Source: Limisphaerales bacterium (GTDB lineage: Bacteria > Verrucomicrobiota > Verrucomicrobiia > Limisphaerales > JADLHS01). From it: 64,000 bases of DNA. The notes below the pieces were generated by a model. The model was not told the DNA's origin, did no database searches, and worked only from the letters and a program-made list of their open reading frames with translations. This document shows, in pieces, positions 52,700 to 62,698 of the stretch (position 1 is its first letter; the number at the start of each line of letters is the position of its first letter). The stretch covers positions 9,915 through 73,914 of the forward strand of contig JBGAIM010000017.1 in assembly GCA_044225555.1 (NCBI GenBank), written 5' to 3'. The position numbers and the translations under genes were made by a program.

Positions 52700-54571
52700 A
52701 TGATCGCTGTCGGGATTTTGGCCGGCGCGAGTTCGCCCCGCGCAATGGCTCAATACCCGGCGTCGCCTCAGGTCACCAAAGATGAGACTGCGATTGAATT
52801 GATTGAGTACGCAAGCCTGCCGCTCTCGAGTTCCACCACGGGGAGCTATCCGCCCCCAATCAATTACGCCTCCTATCTGGGCCGGGTGAATTTCCTGCGC
52901 TCCGAGCCCGCCGATGCACCGCCGGCTGGGAGCCGATTTTTTGTCGCGGACTCGAATCGAAATCTCTACATCCTCGACAAGTCCAACCGGACTTTTTCCA
53001 CCTACATCAATTTTGAAGAAGTCTTTCCCCGGTTCAGCAATTACAGCTATGCCGGTGGCCTGGTCACGTTCGAATTCGATCCCGCCTACGCCAGCAACGG
53101 CAGGTTCTATGCATCGCACATCGAGACGAACAAGAACGCTTTCTACAATCCCCTAAACACCAGTCTGCCGGGATTCAATACCAATGGTTACGTCCCCACC
53201 GCTGTCGTCAACCTGCCCGGCGTCAGCAATGCGATTTGGGAATGCGTGCTTGTCGAATGGACCGATACGAATGTGTTCAACAATTCCTTCGAGGGCACGG
53301 CCCGGGAACTATTGCGCGTGGGCATTCCGGATTACGAGCATCCGATTGGCGACCTGGCCTTCAATCCCGGCGTCGGCCCCGGCGATGCCGACTACCGCAA
53401 CCTTTACGTCGCGGTCGGCGACGGTGCCAGGGGTGACACCACCGGATCGTTGCACACGGTTCCGCAACGACTCGATGTATTGTTGGGAAAAATCCTGCGC
53501 ATCACGCCCGATCTGAATCTTCGTCCGTCTGATGAGTTGAGTGCGAACGCGCGGTATCGCATTCCGACCACCGGCACAGACTCGAACCCGTTTGTCTCCT
53601 TGAACCTTTCAGGATTGAAGAAGGAGATTTACGCCTACGGCTTTCGCAATTGCCACCGCCTGTCCTGGGATGCTCTGACGGGGAAGCTGATCGAAAATGA
53701 CATTGGCCTGAACTCGTGGGAGGAGGTCAACCTGATCGTCAAAGGTGGCAACTACGGTTTCGGCGAGCGCGAAGGCATGGAGCAATTGTTTGTAGCGATC
53801 AACGGCGGCACGACCGGTAGTCAACGGATTCCACCCGTTGCCTTTCCCAATCCGGATTCGCTGACAGTCACTGGCCTGATGTCGGCTGTGACCCCGGTTT
53901 ATCCCGTTGCCGGGTACAGTCACCGGGATGGCGATGCGATTGCCGGTGGGTTTGTCTATCGCGGAACACTCATGCCGGCCTTGTACGGTAAATATGTTTT
54001 TGGCGACATCACCACTGGCCGGCTGTTCTACAGCGACTTTGCCGAGATGCTCGCTGCCGAGGACGGAGATCGGCTGACGCTGGCGGCGGTTCATGAATTA
54101 CAGATTGTATTCAGCGGGTCGAAGCGCCGGGTCTTCGATTTGATCTCTCAGAAATACCACCAAAAGGGCGGTACCTCCGCCAACGCATTGCCCGGCGGCT
54201 GCGGCGGATTAGCCACCGGCGGAAACGATCCGCAGGGAGTGCCCTACGGTTGCGGGCGGGCCGACATTCGGCTCGCGCGCGGCGGTGATGGTGAGCTTTA
54301 CCTCTTGAGCAAGAGCGACGGCATGATCCGCCAATTGTCGAGCGTGTTCCTCCCGCCAACATTGAGTTCGGTCAGCCTTAGCAACGGCGTGTGCCTGCTC
54401 ACCTGGCCGGCGATCAGCAACCAAGTCTACCGCGTGCAATTCAAGACCAACCTGAACGACTTCGACTGGTCCGACCTTCCCGGTGATATCACCGCCAGTG
54501 GCCCAACCGCTTCAAAAACGGACGAGGGTGTCGCCGCGACACGCTATTATCGGCTTCTCGCCCTGCCGTAG
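52700..54571 (+). CDS. PQQ-dependent sugar (glucose/sorbosone) dehydrogenase-like beta-propeller protein with a C-terminal ~70-aa module
   Basis: From ATG 52700 (signal-like MIAVGILAGASSPRAMA). Blocks RFFVADSNRNLYILD and YAYGFRNCHRLSWD (GxRNPxxxxxD type). C-terminal LLTWPAISNQVYRVQFKTNL...RYYRLLALP. Confidence 0.75.
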   Translation: MIAVGILAGASSPRAMAQYPASPQVTKDETAIELIEYASLPLSSSTTGSYPPPINYASYLGRVNFLRSEPADAPPAGSRFFVADSNRNLYILDKSNRTFSTYINFEEVFPRFSNYSYAGGLVTFEFDPAYASNGRFYASHIETNKNAFYNPLNTSLPGFNTNGYVPTAVVNLPGVSNAIWECVLVEWTDTNVFNNSFEGTARELLRVGIPDYEHPIGDLAFNPGVGPGDADYRNLYVAVGDGARGDTTGSLHTVPQRLDVLLGKILRITPDLNLRPSDELSANARYRIPTTGTDSNPFVSLNLSGLKKEIYAYGFRNCHRLSWDALTGKLIENDIGLNSWEEVNLIVKGGNYGFGEREGMEQLFVAINGGTTGSQRIPPVAFPNPDSLTVTGLMSAVTPVYPVAGYSHRDGDAIAGGFVYRGTLMPALYGKYVFGDITTGRLFYSDFAEMLAAEDGDRLTLAAVHELQIVFSGSKRRVFDLISQKYHQKGGTSANALPGGCGGLATGGNDPQGVPYGCGRADIRLARGGDGELYLLSKSDGMIRQLSSVFLPPTLSSVSLSNGVCLLTWPAISNQVYRVQFKTNLNDFDWSDLPGDITASGPTASKTDEGVAATRYYRLLALP

Positions 54572-54587
54572 CCGGCTTGGGCACGTT

Positions 54588-55401
54588 TCAATCCGGCTTA
54601 AAATCTACCCGCTTTCCCGTCCGCGCAGATTCATGGGCCGCGTCCAGGATTTCCACCACGGTCATATTAACCGGCAACGACGACAACCCTGAGGGAATAA
54701 TATCCCCCCGCGCTACTGCGACGAGGTAGGAGATCGGATCGGCTTCGGGACTCGGAATTGCTGGCGGCGTGATTTCGGTTTCCTGGCTCTGATTTGGCAA
54801 GCGTACGCGGAGCAGATTCGCATTCGGCACGAACACATAGCCTGCGCGACCGTAAATTTCCATATCCTTCCGGTCGAACGGCCAGTTCCACGACGCCTGT
54901 AAAATGGCCTGCGCTTTCGGATACGTGATCACGATCGTCGCCTCGTCCTCCACCTTGGGATAAACCTCCGGCTTGATGTGCTGCGTCATGGCCTGAACCG
55001 ATACGGGCCGCTGACCATCCATCAACCACGTCGCCAGGTCCGCGCCGTAACAACCAAAATCATTCAACGCCCCACCACCGTTCAGCACCGGGTCCGTGAG
55101 CCACGCGAGAAAATTCGTCGAGCAGCCTATTTCCTTTGGCCCGCGATGCCCGTCATGCACCACGACGCGGCGCAGTTCACCGATTTCTTTCCGGTCGTGA
55201 ACCATTTCATACGCGGGGCGATTGCCCGGATACCACGTCGTCTCATAATTCACGAACACCTGGATGTTACCACGCTTGGCCGCTGCCGCGATGGCGCGCG
55301 CGTGTTCCATGTTCACGGCCAGCGGTTTTTCCATCATCACATCCACCCCTTGCGTTGCGCACCGTTCCACCACCGCCCGATGCTCGAACGTGGTCGAGTC
55401 A
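54588..55401 (-). pseudogene. Gfo/Idh/MocA-family oxidoreductase remnant lacking the N-terminal Rossmann NAD(P)-binding segment
   Basis: The reading frame begins inside the family's helix preceding the EKP motif (..STTFEHRAVVERCATQGVDVMMEKPLAVN) and continues through the C-terminal alpha/beta domain to the stop at 54588. The roughly 70-90 residues with the GxGxxG fold are absent, and the upstream space is occupied by the 3' end of the DedA gene (stop 55399-55401). The first ATG (MMEKP) is at 55337. Confidence 0.55.
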
Positions 55402-56031
55402 AGATTGCCGGCGCAAGAGGAATTGACCCGCCACCCAGACGACTCCCGCCAGCCCCAGCACCGCCAGGAAAACATAAAGCCCGCTCCGGAAGTTCAATGC
55501 ATACGCTCCGGCGACCGCATAAATGAGCGCGGTTGGCAGCAGACCGAGCAGCACGGCTGGAAAGAACTTTTTTGCCGGCATGCGGGAGAGTCCGGCGATG
55601 ATCGTCACTGCCTCCGCCAGAATCGGAACCGGTCGCGAGACGATCACGGCCATCATGCCGTGCCGCTGGAAAAATGAATTGGCCCGCGACAATGCTGCCT
55701 CGCCCAGCCAGCGTTGGGCCGCTCGCTCGCCCTGGTTTCCAATTCCAAAACCAACCAATGCTGCACCAACCCCGCCCGCCATCGAAAGCAACGTCCCCGC
55801 CACCGTCCCGAACAACATTCCGTTTGCGAGCATGACGATGCTGGACGGTACGGGTGCAATCACATCCACCACCAACAACGCAACGCCCGCCAGTCCCGCC
55901 ACCCACTTTTTCTGCCTGAGCAGGAACGAGGTGTCCTCGGCTAGAAACGGCAGTTGCAGCGCCTGCCCGATGAAAAACAACATCAGCATGGCGAGCATCA
56001 ACACGACCGTGAATATCCAGAACCGGGTCAT
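55399..56031 (-). CDS. DedA / VTT (TVP38/TMEM64)-family membrane protein
   Basis: From ATG 56031: MTRFWIFTVVLMLAMLMLFF... with PVPSSIVMLANGMLFG and VSRPVPILAEAVTIIAGLSRMP blocks of the SNARE-associated/DedA family. The ORF track extends to 56223. Confidence 0.75.
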   Translation of the reverse strand: MTRFWIFTVVLMLAMLMLFFIGQALQLPFLAEDTSFLLRQKKWVAGLAGVALLVVDVIAPVPSSIVMLANGMLFGTVAGTLLSMAGGVGAALVGFGIGNQGERAAQRWLGEAALSRANSFFQRHGMMAVIVSRPVPILAEAVTIIAGLSRMPAKKFFPAVLLGLLPTALIYAVAGAYALNFRSGLYVFLAVLGLAGVVWVAGQFLLRRQS

Positions 56032-56165
56032 GGAGGCGAAGCATGCCCGCACACTTCCGGCGGGGCAATTCCACAACGGCCGGTACCCGTCCCACTCAGT
56101 CTGCCGAACCTTCATTTTTAAACGAACAACTTGAAATTCACACCGCCTGCACGCCAAGCTGAACC

Positions 56166-58022
56166 GTGAAAATGAAAAACGCCATCCGACTTGCAGTCCT
56201 GACTGCTGTTTTGGCGGGGACAATGGGTTTCAGTGCTGAACCCGCCGCCACCGCCGGCTATCTCTTCACTTCGTTCCGCGGCGACGGCGACGGCTTGCAT
56301 CTCGCCTATGGCTTCGATGGTCGGAAGTGGAAAGATCTGAATCGGGTTTTCCTTACGCCCACGGTCGGGGCGAAGCTGCTGCGCGACCCGCAGATTCTGC
56401 TCGGACCGGACGGCCGGTATCACCTGGTCTGGACGAGCGGTTGGAAGGACAAAGGCATTGGCTACGCCAACTCGAAGGACTTGCGCGAGTGGTCGGAGCA
56501 ACGCTACCTGCCGCTGATGGAAAAAGTCGTCGGCACCGAAACCTGCTGGGCGCCGGAACTCTTTTACGACCCAGTTCAAAAGCATTACCTCATCGTCTGG
56601 TCCTCCGCCGCGCCGCTAGCTGGCTTCGAGAAACCGCAGCATCGCGCCTATTACACCGTGACCCGGGACTTCATGAGTTTTGCCGAACCGAAAATCTTCT
56701 TCGATCCCGGCTTCAACAACATTGACACCACTCTGATGCGCGTTGGCGACAAATATCGGATCGTGTTCAAGGAGACGGACGACCAGCCCGCCGGCAAATG
56801 GGGCGCGATTTACGCGGCGGAAGCGGACCGACCGCTCGGGCCTTACCAGTTGCTGCCCGCTCCCATCATCACCAACGAACGCGTGGAAGGCCCGGCGTTG
56901 GTCACGATTGGCGACCGGACGTTGCTCTACGTGGATTACTACGTGAACCACCGCTACGGCGTGCGCGAAACGACCGATTGGCAGGCTTGGACGGACGTCA
57001 CCAAGTCCACCTCGGTCGTGTCCGGTCAGCGTCACGGCTCCATCCTGGCCGTGCCCGCCGACATCCTCGCCGGTCTGCGCAAAGAGGAACAGGAAGCCAT
57101 TGCCCGGGCGCCCAAGCCGGTGCTGGGCGGCTTCACTGCCGACCCAGCCATCCGTGTCTTCGGCGACACCTACTACATCTATCCGACGTCCGACCGGCCG
57201 GAATGGAACACGACCGAGTTCTCCGTCTGGTCCTCGAAGAACCTGGTCGAGTGGAAAAAGGAAGGCGTGTTCATGGACATCAGTAAAGACCTCGGCTGGG
57301 CCACGAACAAAGCCTGGGCGCCGGACTGCATCGAACGCGACGGCAAATACTTCTTTTACTTCTGCGCCAACCACAACATCGGGGTCGCCACCGGCCCGAC
57401 ACCGGTCGGCCCGTTCAAAGACGCCCTGGGTCGCCCGCTCATCGAGGACGAGAAAATCAAGACCTTCAGCATTGATCCGCAGGCATTCATTGACGACGAC
57501 GGTCAGGCGTATCTCTATTTCGGCAACGGCATCCCGACCGTTTACAAACTCAACCGCGACATGATTTCGTTCGCCGGCCCGCCGGTGGAATTTCGACTGA
57601 AGGAATTCCGCGAAGGGATTGTCGTCTTCAAGCGGCAGGGCAAATACTACTTTATGTGGTCCATTGATGATGCGCGCAGTCCCAATTACCGCGTCGGCTG
57701 GGGCATTGCTGATTCACCGCTCGGCCCGGTCAAATCCCCGGAGCAGAACTTTATCGTGCTCCAGAAGAACGGTCCCGCCGTCGCCACCGCCCATCATGGC
57801 GTCGTCAATGTGCCGGGCACGGACCGCTGGTATGTCGCCTACCATCGGCACGCCATTCCGGACGGCAGCGGTTACCAGCGTGAAGTCTGTCTGGCGCGCA
57901 TGGAATTCCACCCGGACGGCAGCATCAAACCGATGGACCCCATGGTCGCACCTTTCAAGCCCGGCGACCTCGGCGAACCCATCTTCAACGGCAAAGGCCG
58001 CGAACTGCCCCACAGGAAATAA
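56166..58022 (+). CDS. Secreted glycoside hydrolase with two GH43-like beta-propeller domains
   Basis: Signal peptide (ATG at 56172; GTG at 56166). The C-terminal half has GH43 blocks (GGFTADPAIRVFGDTYYIYPTSD, WAPDCIERDGKYFFYF, IDPQAFIDDDGQAYLYFGNG, EGIVVFKRQGKYYFMWS). The N-terminal half is a second, more divergent propeller (LRDPQILLGPDGRYHLVWTSGW, CWAPELFYDP). Confidence 0.8.
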   Translation: MKMKNAIRLAVLTAVLAGTMGFSAEPAATAGYLFTSFRGDGDGLHLAYGFDGRKWKDLNRVFLTPTVGAKLLRDPQILLGPDGRYHLVWTSGWKDKGIGYANSKDLREWSEQRYLPLMEKVVGTETCWAPELFYDPVQKHYLIVWSSAAPLAGFEKPQHRAYYTVTRDFMSFAEPKIFFDPGFNNIDTTLMRVGDKYRIVFKETDDQPAGKWGAIYAAEADRPLGPYQLLPAPIITNERVEGPALVTIGDRTLLYVDYYVNHRYGVRETTDWQAWTDVTKSTSVVSGQRHGSILAVPADILAGLRKEEQEAIARAPKPVLGGFTADPAIRVFGDTYYIYPTSDRPEWNTTEFSVWSSKNLVEWKKEGVFMDISKDLGWATNKAWAPDCIERDGKYFFYFCANHNIGVATGPTPVGPFKDALGRPLIEDEKIKTFSIDPQAFIDDDGQAYLYFGNGIPTVYKLNRDMISFAGPPVEFRLKEFREGIVVFKRQGKYYFMWSIDDARSPNYRVGWGIADSPLGPVKSPEQNFIVLQKNGPAVATAHHGVVNVPGTDRWYVAYHRHAIPDGSGYQREVCLARMEFHPDGSIKPMDPMVAPFKPGDLGEPIFNGKGRELPHRK

Positions 58023-58545
58023 ACGAACCAATGAATTTCACGTCAAAGGCCCGGGCCTGATCTTCAAACCCCAAACCAGCCGTCGCGTTGACGCCCCAGA
58101 CCATCGCACGCCGGTGGCGGTTGACCAAGTGCTTGAAATTCCACGACACCACAACGTCCTGCCGGGACAACGTGGCGGCCGCCACATGAACGGCGTCGTT
58201 ATACATCGTTCGCGTGAACGCGCCCGCAAACAGATATTTTTCCGCCAGGGTTCGCATTTCGTCAGTGAGGAGAATGATCTGAAATCCCGCCAGCAAAGAT
58301 TCCATCTGCGCTCGTAATTGCGCGTCCGCTGTCTGCCGCAGTTCTTCCACTCCCAATTCCGAAGTCGCGCACTCGTAAGCGCCGAGGTTCTGCCAGAACT
58401 CGCGCGTCAGCGATTTGCGATCCGGCGCGCGGTCGTCAAAGTAGGCGCCGAATACTGAAGTATGGGCATTTCGCGGCCACGTTATCAAAGAGGACGGCTG
58501 GTGCCAGCGCGTTTCTTTACGAGGAATAATTCTCCATCCCCACAC
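57985..58545 (-). CDS. Degenerate PIN-like domain ORF (possibly decaying); no ATG start
   Basis: TSVFGAYFDD... and MYNDAVHVAAATLSRQDVVVSWNFKHLVN resemble a PIN-like family I recall (DTSVxGGxFDxEF ... DALHxAxA...xSWNxKHI). The first acidic residue is replaced (AHTSV), and only GTG/TTG starts are available. The 3' end overlaps the GH43 gene by 38 nt. Confidence 0.4.
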   Translation of the reverse strand: MWGWRIIPRKETRWHQPSSLITWPRNAHTSVFGAYFDDRAPDRKSLTREFWQNLGAYECATSELGVEELRQTADAQLRAQMESLLAGFQIILLTDEMRTLAEKYLFAGAFTRTMYNDAVHVAAATLSRQDVVVSWNFKHLVNRHRRAMVWGVNATAGLGFEDQARAFDVKFIGSFISCGAVRGLCR

Positions 58546-58603
58546 GCGAGCAAACCGGGATGCGGTCGCCGAAGACGTTTTTAATGCGCGACGACTAGCT
58601 GGA

Positions 58604-59734
58604 TTAAGAAATGCCTATTGCACGGTTGCATTCGTCGTACAAATCCGCCTCGTCTGCGGCGATCAAATACTTCTTCGCTTCCAAAAAACTCGTCTTTGCC
58701 AGATCAAATTCACCCAGTTTGGCGAGGACGCACGCCAAGTGCGCCTTCGCGATGCTGATGCTGCCGTCCCGGAACGGTTGATTGCGGGTGCGCTCCATGT
58801 AAGCGATGGATTCCTCAAAAGCCTTCCTGGCCTCGACGTAATTCTGCTCCAGGTAACATACCCAACCGCGAGAGCGCAGCAGAAACGGTTTGCCATACTC
58901 CGGCAGGACGGCCTTCTCAGCTTCGTTGAGAGCTTTCCGCGCGTTTACGGCATCTCTTTTGAATCTTGCGAAACGATAGGCGAGATCGGGATACATTGAC
59001 GGGTTTTCTTTCTCTTGCATCGACAACAACGTGTATTCGATGGCTTTGTCGTATTGCTTGGCCGTGTCGTAGATACCGGCGACAAATGCCTTGTGCAGCC
59101 AACTGGGACAACCCGTTTGTCCCTCACACTTTTTGTATTCCGCCAGACCTTCTTCGACTCGCCCAAGGCCAGCCAAGGCCTTGGCCCGATTTCTTGCGAG
59201 TTCAACTTCCGGTACTTTGATGAAGTTTATCTTTCTGTTTGCGTCAAGTTTCGCGACCAAATCGAGGACTTCGTCCCAACGATGCCAATCCACGGCTCGA
59301 TGCAGTTTGTTGTAATAGATTGCAGGCAAGCTGAGACAGACAACGAAAAGTAACCATATAATAATTGATCCGGCCGCTAGCGATGCCCCAAGATAGTTTT
59401 GCCGATAAAAGAGAACTGCAGCCAACGCCCCGACTGCAATAATCAACCCCTTGCTCTGCGAAACACCTTCCAGCAGTGCACGCCACAAATTTAATTGGGG
59501 TTTAGTGCTCTGCCTGATCCGGTCATTGGCGGTGACGATGATGGGCTCTCCAAACATCTTGCCCTCTTCCATTTGTTCAGCCGCAGTGGCCGCTATGTCG
59601 TCTTCGAAAAGAATCAAATCCGTATACCCGTCAGCTGCGAGGACACTCTGGGCCTCCGCTGCGGTGTTTGCCCTCACCTCGCGAACCACCTGCTTCCCTG
59701 AACGGTCTTTTGCTTTCCAGACGTAGTTTGTCAC
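58604..59734 (-). CDS. Hypothetical membrane protein with a TPR-like C-terminal region
   Basis: Start taken at GTG 59734, which forms a GTGA overlap with the gcvP stop (the ORF track starts at 59764, inside gcvP). N-terminal beta-alpha module ([41 protein letters not shown]), two hydrophobic helices, then helical-repeat (TPR-like) sequence. Visibly more AT-rich than gcvP. Confidence 0.65.
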   Translation of the reverse strand: MTNYVWKAKDRSGKQVVREVRANTAAEAQSVLAADGYTDLILFEDDIAATAAEQMEEGKMFGEPIIVTANDRIRQSTKPQLNLWRALLEGVSQSKGLIIAVGALAAVLFYRQNYLGASLAAGSIIIWLLFVVCLSLPAIYYNKLHRAVDWHRWDEVLDLVAKLDANRKINFIKVPEVELARNRAKALAGLGRVEEGLAEYKKCEGQTGCPSWLHKAFVAGIYDTAKQYDKAIEYTLLSMQEKENPSMYPDLAYRFARFKRDAVNARKALNEAEKAVLPEYGKPFLLRSRGWVCYLEQNYVEARKAFEESIAYMERTRNQPFRDGSISIAKAHLACVLAKLGEFDLAKTSFLEAKKYLIAADEADLYDECNRAIGIS

Positions 59735-62610
59735 GCAAACGCCTCCATCCCCACACAAGAACACACAGGATTCCGATCACCAAAAACATTGTCCACCCGC
59801 GCCACAGGAGGCCAAAACTTGTAGTCGTGCAGGCTCTTGGCCGGGAACGCGGCGGCTTCGCGGCTGTAAGGACGATTCCACGCGTCGCTGGCGATCTGGT
59901 CGGCGGTGTGCGGCGCGTTCTTGAGGACGTTGTTCTTCGCGTCGGCTGAACCATTTTCCACGGCGGTCATTTCGGCGTGGATGGAGATCATCGCGTCGCA
60001 GAAACGGTCGAGTTCATATTTAGATTCACTTTCGGTGGGCTCGACCATGAGTGTGCCGGCGACGGGCCACGAGAGCGTGGGCGCGTGAAAGCCGTAATCC
60101 ATGAGGCGCTTGGCGACGTCCTCGGCGGTCGTGCCTTTGAACGCGCGCAAATCCAGAATGCATTCGTGCGCGACGAGGTTGTGATTCTTGTAGAGCGTGG
60201 GGAAATGTTTTTCGAGCCGCTTGGAGATGTAATTCGCGTTGAGGATGGCGAACTTGGTGGCTTCGGTGAGTCCGTCCGCGCCCATCATGGCGATATACAT
60301 CCACGAGATGGTGAGGATGCTCGCGCTGCCCCACGGCGCGGCGCTGACGGCCCCGATGGGACTTTCGCCGCCGAGATTGACGACGTTGTGGCCGGGCAAA
60401 AACTCGACGAGATGCGCCGCCACGCCGATCGGTCCGACGCCCGGACCGCCGCCGCCGTGGGGGATGCAAAAGGTTTTGTGCAGATTCAAATGGCAGACAT
60501 CTGCGCCGATGAAGCCGGGCGAGGTGAGGCCGACCTGGGCGTTCATGTTCGCGCCGTCCATGTAAACCTGTCCGCCCGCAGCGTGGATGATGTCGCAGAT
60601 TTCGCGGATGGTTTCCTCGAACACGCCGTGCGTGCTGGGATAGGTGATCATGAGGCACGCCAGCGTGTCTTTGTGGGCTTCGGCTTTAGCTTTGAGATCT
60701 GCCACGTCTATGTTGCCGCGTTCGTCACAGGCGACGGATACGACACGCATTCCCGCCATCACTGCGCTCGCGGGATTTGTTCCGTGAGCGGACGACGGGA
60801 TTAAGCACACCGTCCGATTAGATTCATTGCGCGATTCGTGATAGGCGCGAATGACGAGCAACCCGGCGTATTCGCCCTGCGACCCGGCGTTGGGCTGGAG
60901 CGAAATGCCGGCGAACCCGGTGATTTCCGCGAGCCAGGTTTCGAGTTGCTCAAACATCTTCTGGTAACCGCGCGTCTGTTTGATGGGCGCGAACGGATGG
61001 ATCTTCGCGAACTCCGGCCACGAGACGGGGAACATCTCGGCGGCGGAGTTGAGTTTCATGGTGCACGAGCCGAGCGGGATCATGGACGCGGTGAGCGAGA
61101 GGTCGCGCGATTCGAGCCGCTTGATGTAGCGCAGCATCTCGGTCTCGGAATGATAGGAATTGAAAACTTTGTGATTCAGGAATTCCGAGGTGCGGTCGCA
61201 GGCATGTTTCGCGTTCTTGATGGCGTGCTCGGTCAAATCTTTGATGGTGAAGTCAGGCGCTTTGTCGCCGTTGAAGATTTGCAACAGTTCAGCGACGTCA
61301 GCAGCGCTGGCGGCTTCGTCGAGCGAGAGGCCAATGGTTTTGTCGTCAATGGCGCGGAGATTGACGCGATGCGCTTCGGCGATCTTGAGAACGTCGGCAG
61401 ATTTCTTGTCGCCGAGATTGATCTTCAACGTGTCGAAGCGGGGCGTGGTGGCGACTTGATAGCCGAGGCGTTCCAGTCCGGTGGCGAGAACTTCCGTCAG
61501 CGTATGCACGCGCTGCGCAATCTTCTTCAAGCCTTCCGCGCCGTGATAACAGGCGTAGAGCGAAGCCATGTTGGCGAGGAGCGCCTGGGCCGTGCAGATG
61601 TTACTGGTGGCTTTCTCGCGGCGGATGTGTTGTTCACGCGTGCCGAGCGCGAGACGCATGGCGGGCTTGCCGCGCGCATCCTTGGATACACCGACGATGC
61701 GACCGGGCATCTGGCGTTTGAATTCATCGCGCGTGGCGAAGAAGGCAGCGTGCGGTCCGCCGTAACCGAGCGGCACACCGAAACGTTGCGCGCTGCCGAC
61801 CGCGATGTCCGCGCCGAATTCGCCCGGTGGCTTGATGAGCGTGAGCGCCAGCAGATCGGTGGCGACGGTGACCATCGCGCCAGCGGCATGAGCTTTCTCA
61901 GCGAAAGGTTCGTAGTTATGAATCGCCCCGAACGTATCAGGATATTGCACGAGTGCGCCGAAGACTCTATCGGAGAACGCGAACGTCTCGGCGTTGCCGA
62001 CGACAGCTTCAATGTCCAGCGCCTTGGCGCGAGCCGAGACGACTTCGATGGTCTGCGAATGGCAGGTTTCGGAAATGAAGAAGACATTGCGCCCGTCCTT
62101 CAGCCGGTGCGACATGGTCATCGCCTCGGCGGCGGCGGTGGCTTCATCGAGCATGGAAGCGTTGGCGATGTCGAGGCCGGTGAGTTCGCTGGCCATCGTC
62201 TGGAAATTCAGCAGCGCTTCGAGGCGGCCTTGGGAAATCTCGGCTTGGTAAGGCGTGTATTGGGTATACCAGCCGGGGTTCTCGAGGACGTTACGCTGGA
62301 TGACCGGTGGCGTGATGCAATCGTAGTAACCCTGTCCAATGAACGAGCGGAAGACCTGATTCTGCGACGCGATGGATTTCAGTTCCCGCAGCGCGTCGAA
62401 CTCACTCCGCGCGGCGGGAAGATTCAGTGACTTGCTCAGGCGGATTTGTTTTGGCACCGCAGCGTCAGTCAGCGCATCTATCGAGTCGTGGCCGAGTAGC
62501 TTGAGCATTGCCGCGGTCTCGGCGGCATTCGGGCCGATGTGGCGGCGGACAAATTGATCCGGGTGAGCGAGGGTTTCCGTGTTTTGCGTCTGCGTATCCG
62601 AAAAAGACAT
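59731..62610 (-). CDS. gcvP: Glycine dehydrogenase (decarboxylating), single-chain P protein
   Basis: From ATG 62610: [31 protein letters not shown]... 959 aa, co-linear with single-chain GcvP ([30 protein letters not shown] with the PLP-Lys). Confidence 0.92.
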   Translation of the reverse strand: MSFSDTQTQNTETLAHPDQFVRRHIGPNAAETAAMLKLLGHDSIDALTDAAVPKQIRLSKSLNLPAARSEFDALRELKSIASQNQVFRSFIGQGYYDCITPPVIQRNVLENPGWYTQYTPYQAEISQGRLEALLNFQTMASELTGLDIANASMLDEATAAAEAMTMSHRLKDGRNVFFISETCHSQTIEVVSARAKALDIEAVVGNAETFAFSDRVFGALVQYPDTFGAIHNYEPFAEKAHAAGAMVTVATDLLALTLIKPPGEFGADIAVGSAQRFGVPLGYGGPHAAFFATRDEFKRQMPGRIVGVSKDARGKPAMRLALGTREQHIRREKATSNICTAQALLANMASLYACYHGAEGLKKIAQRVHTLTEVLATGLERLGYQVATTPRFDTLKINLGDKKSADVLKIAEAHRVNLRAIDDKTIGLSLDEAASAADVAELLQIFNGDKAPDFTIKDLTEHAIKNAKHACDRTSEFLNHKVFNSYHSETEMLRYIKRLESRDLSLTASMIPLGSCTMKLNSAAEMFPVSWPEFAKIHPFAPIKQTRGYQKMFEQLETWLAEITGFAGISLQPNAGSQGEYAGLLVIRAYHESRNESNRTVCLIPSSAHGTNPASAVMAGMRVVSVACDERGNIDVADLKAKAEAHKDTLACLMITYPSTHGVFEETIREICDIIHAAGGQVYMDGANMNAQVGLTSPGFIGADVCHLNLHKTFCIPHGGGGPGVGPIGVAAHLVEFLPGHNVVNLGGESPIGAVSAAPWGSASILTISWMYIAMMGADGLTEATKFAILNANYISKRLEKHFPTLYKNHNLVAHECILDLRAFKGTTAEDVAKRLMDYGFHAPTLSWPVAGTLMVEPTESESKYELDRFCDAMISIHAEMTAVENGSADAKNNVLKNAPHTADQIASDAWNRPYSREAAAFPAKSLHDYKFWPPVARVDNVFGDRNPVCSCVGMEAFA

Positions 62611-62698
62611 GGGTGGGAGATTAAGTTTGGTTGGCGCGTAAGCAAGTTGGATTTGGATGGACGCTCGCGTCGGGACCACCCCAAAATGGGTGAGCGCC

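Noticed and set aside
60838-62430. 530-aa plus-strand ORF opposite gcvP
   Set aside because: Antisense shadow of a clearly homologous 959-aa GcvP. The composition is Arg/Gly/Glu-rich and no motifs are present.
62611-62698. Possible glycine riboswitch upstream of gcvP
   Set aside because: I read the minus strand of the 88-nt leader and found none of the conserved glycine-aptamer elements (GGAGAG ... CACCGAAGGGGCA ... CUCAGGC..GGAC). Only a short caccc-atttt-ggggtg hairpin is present. An Infernal/Rfam scan would settle it.
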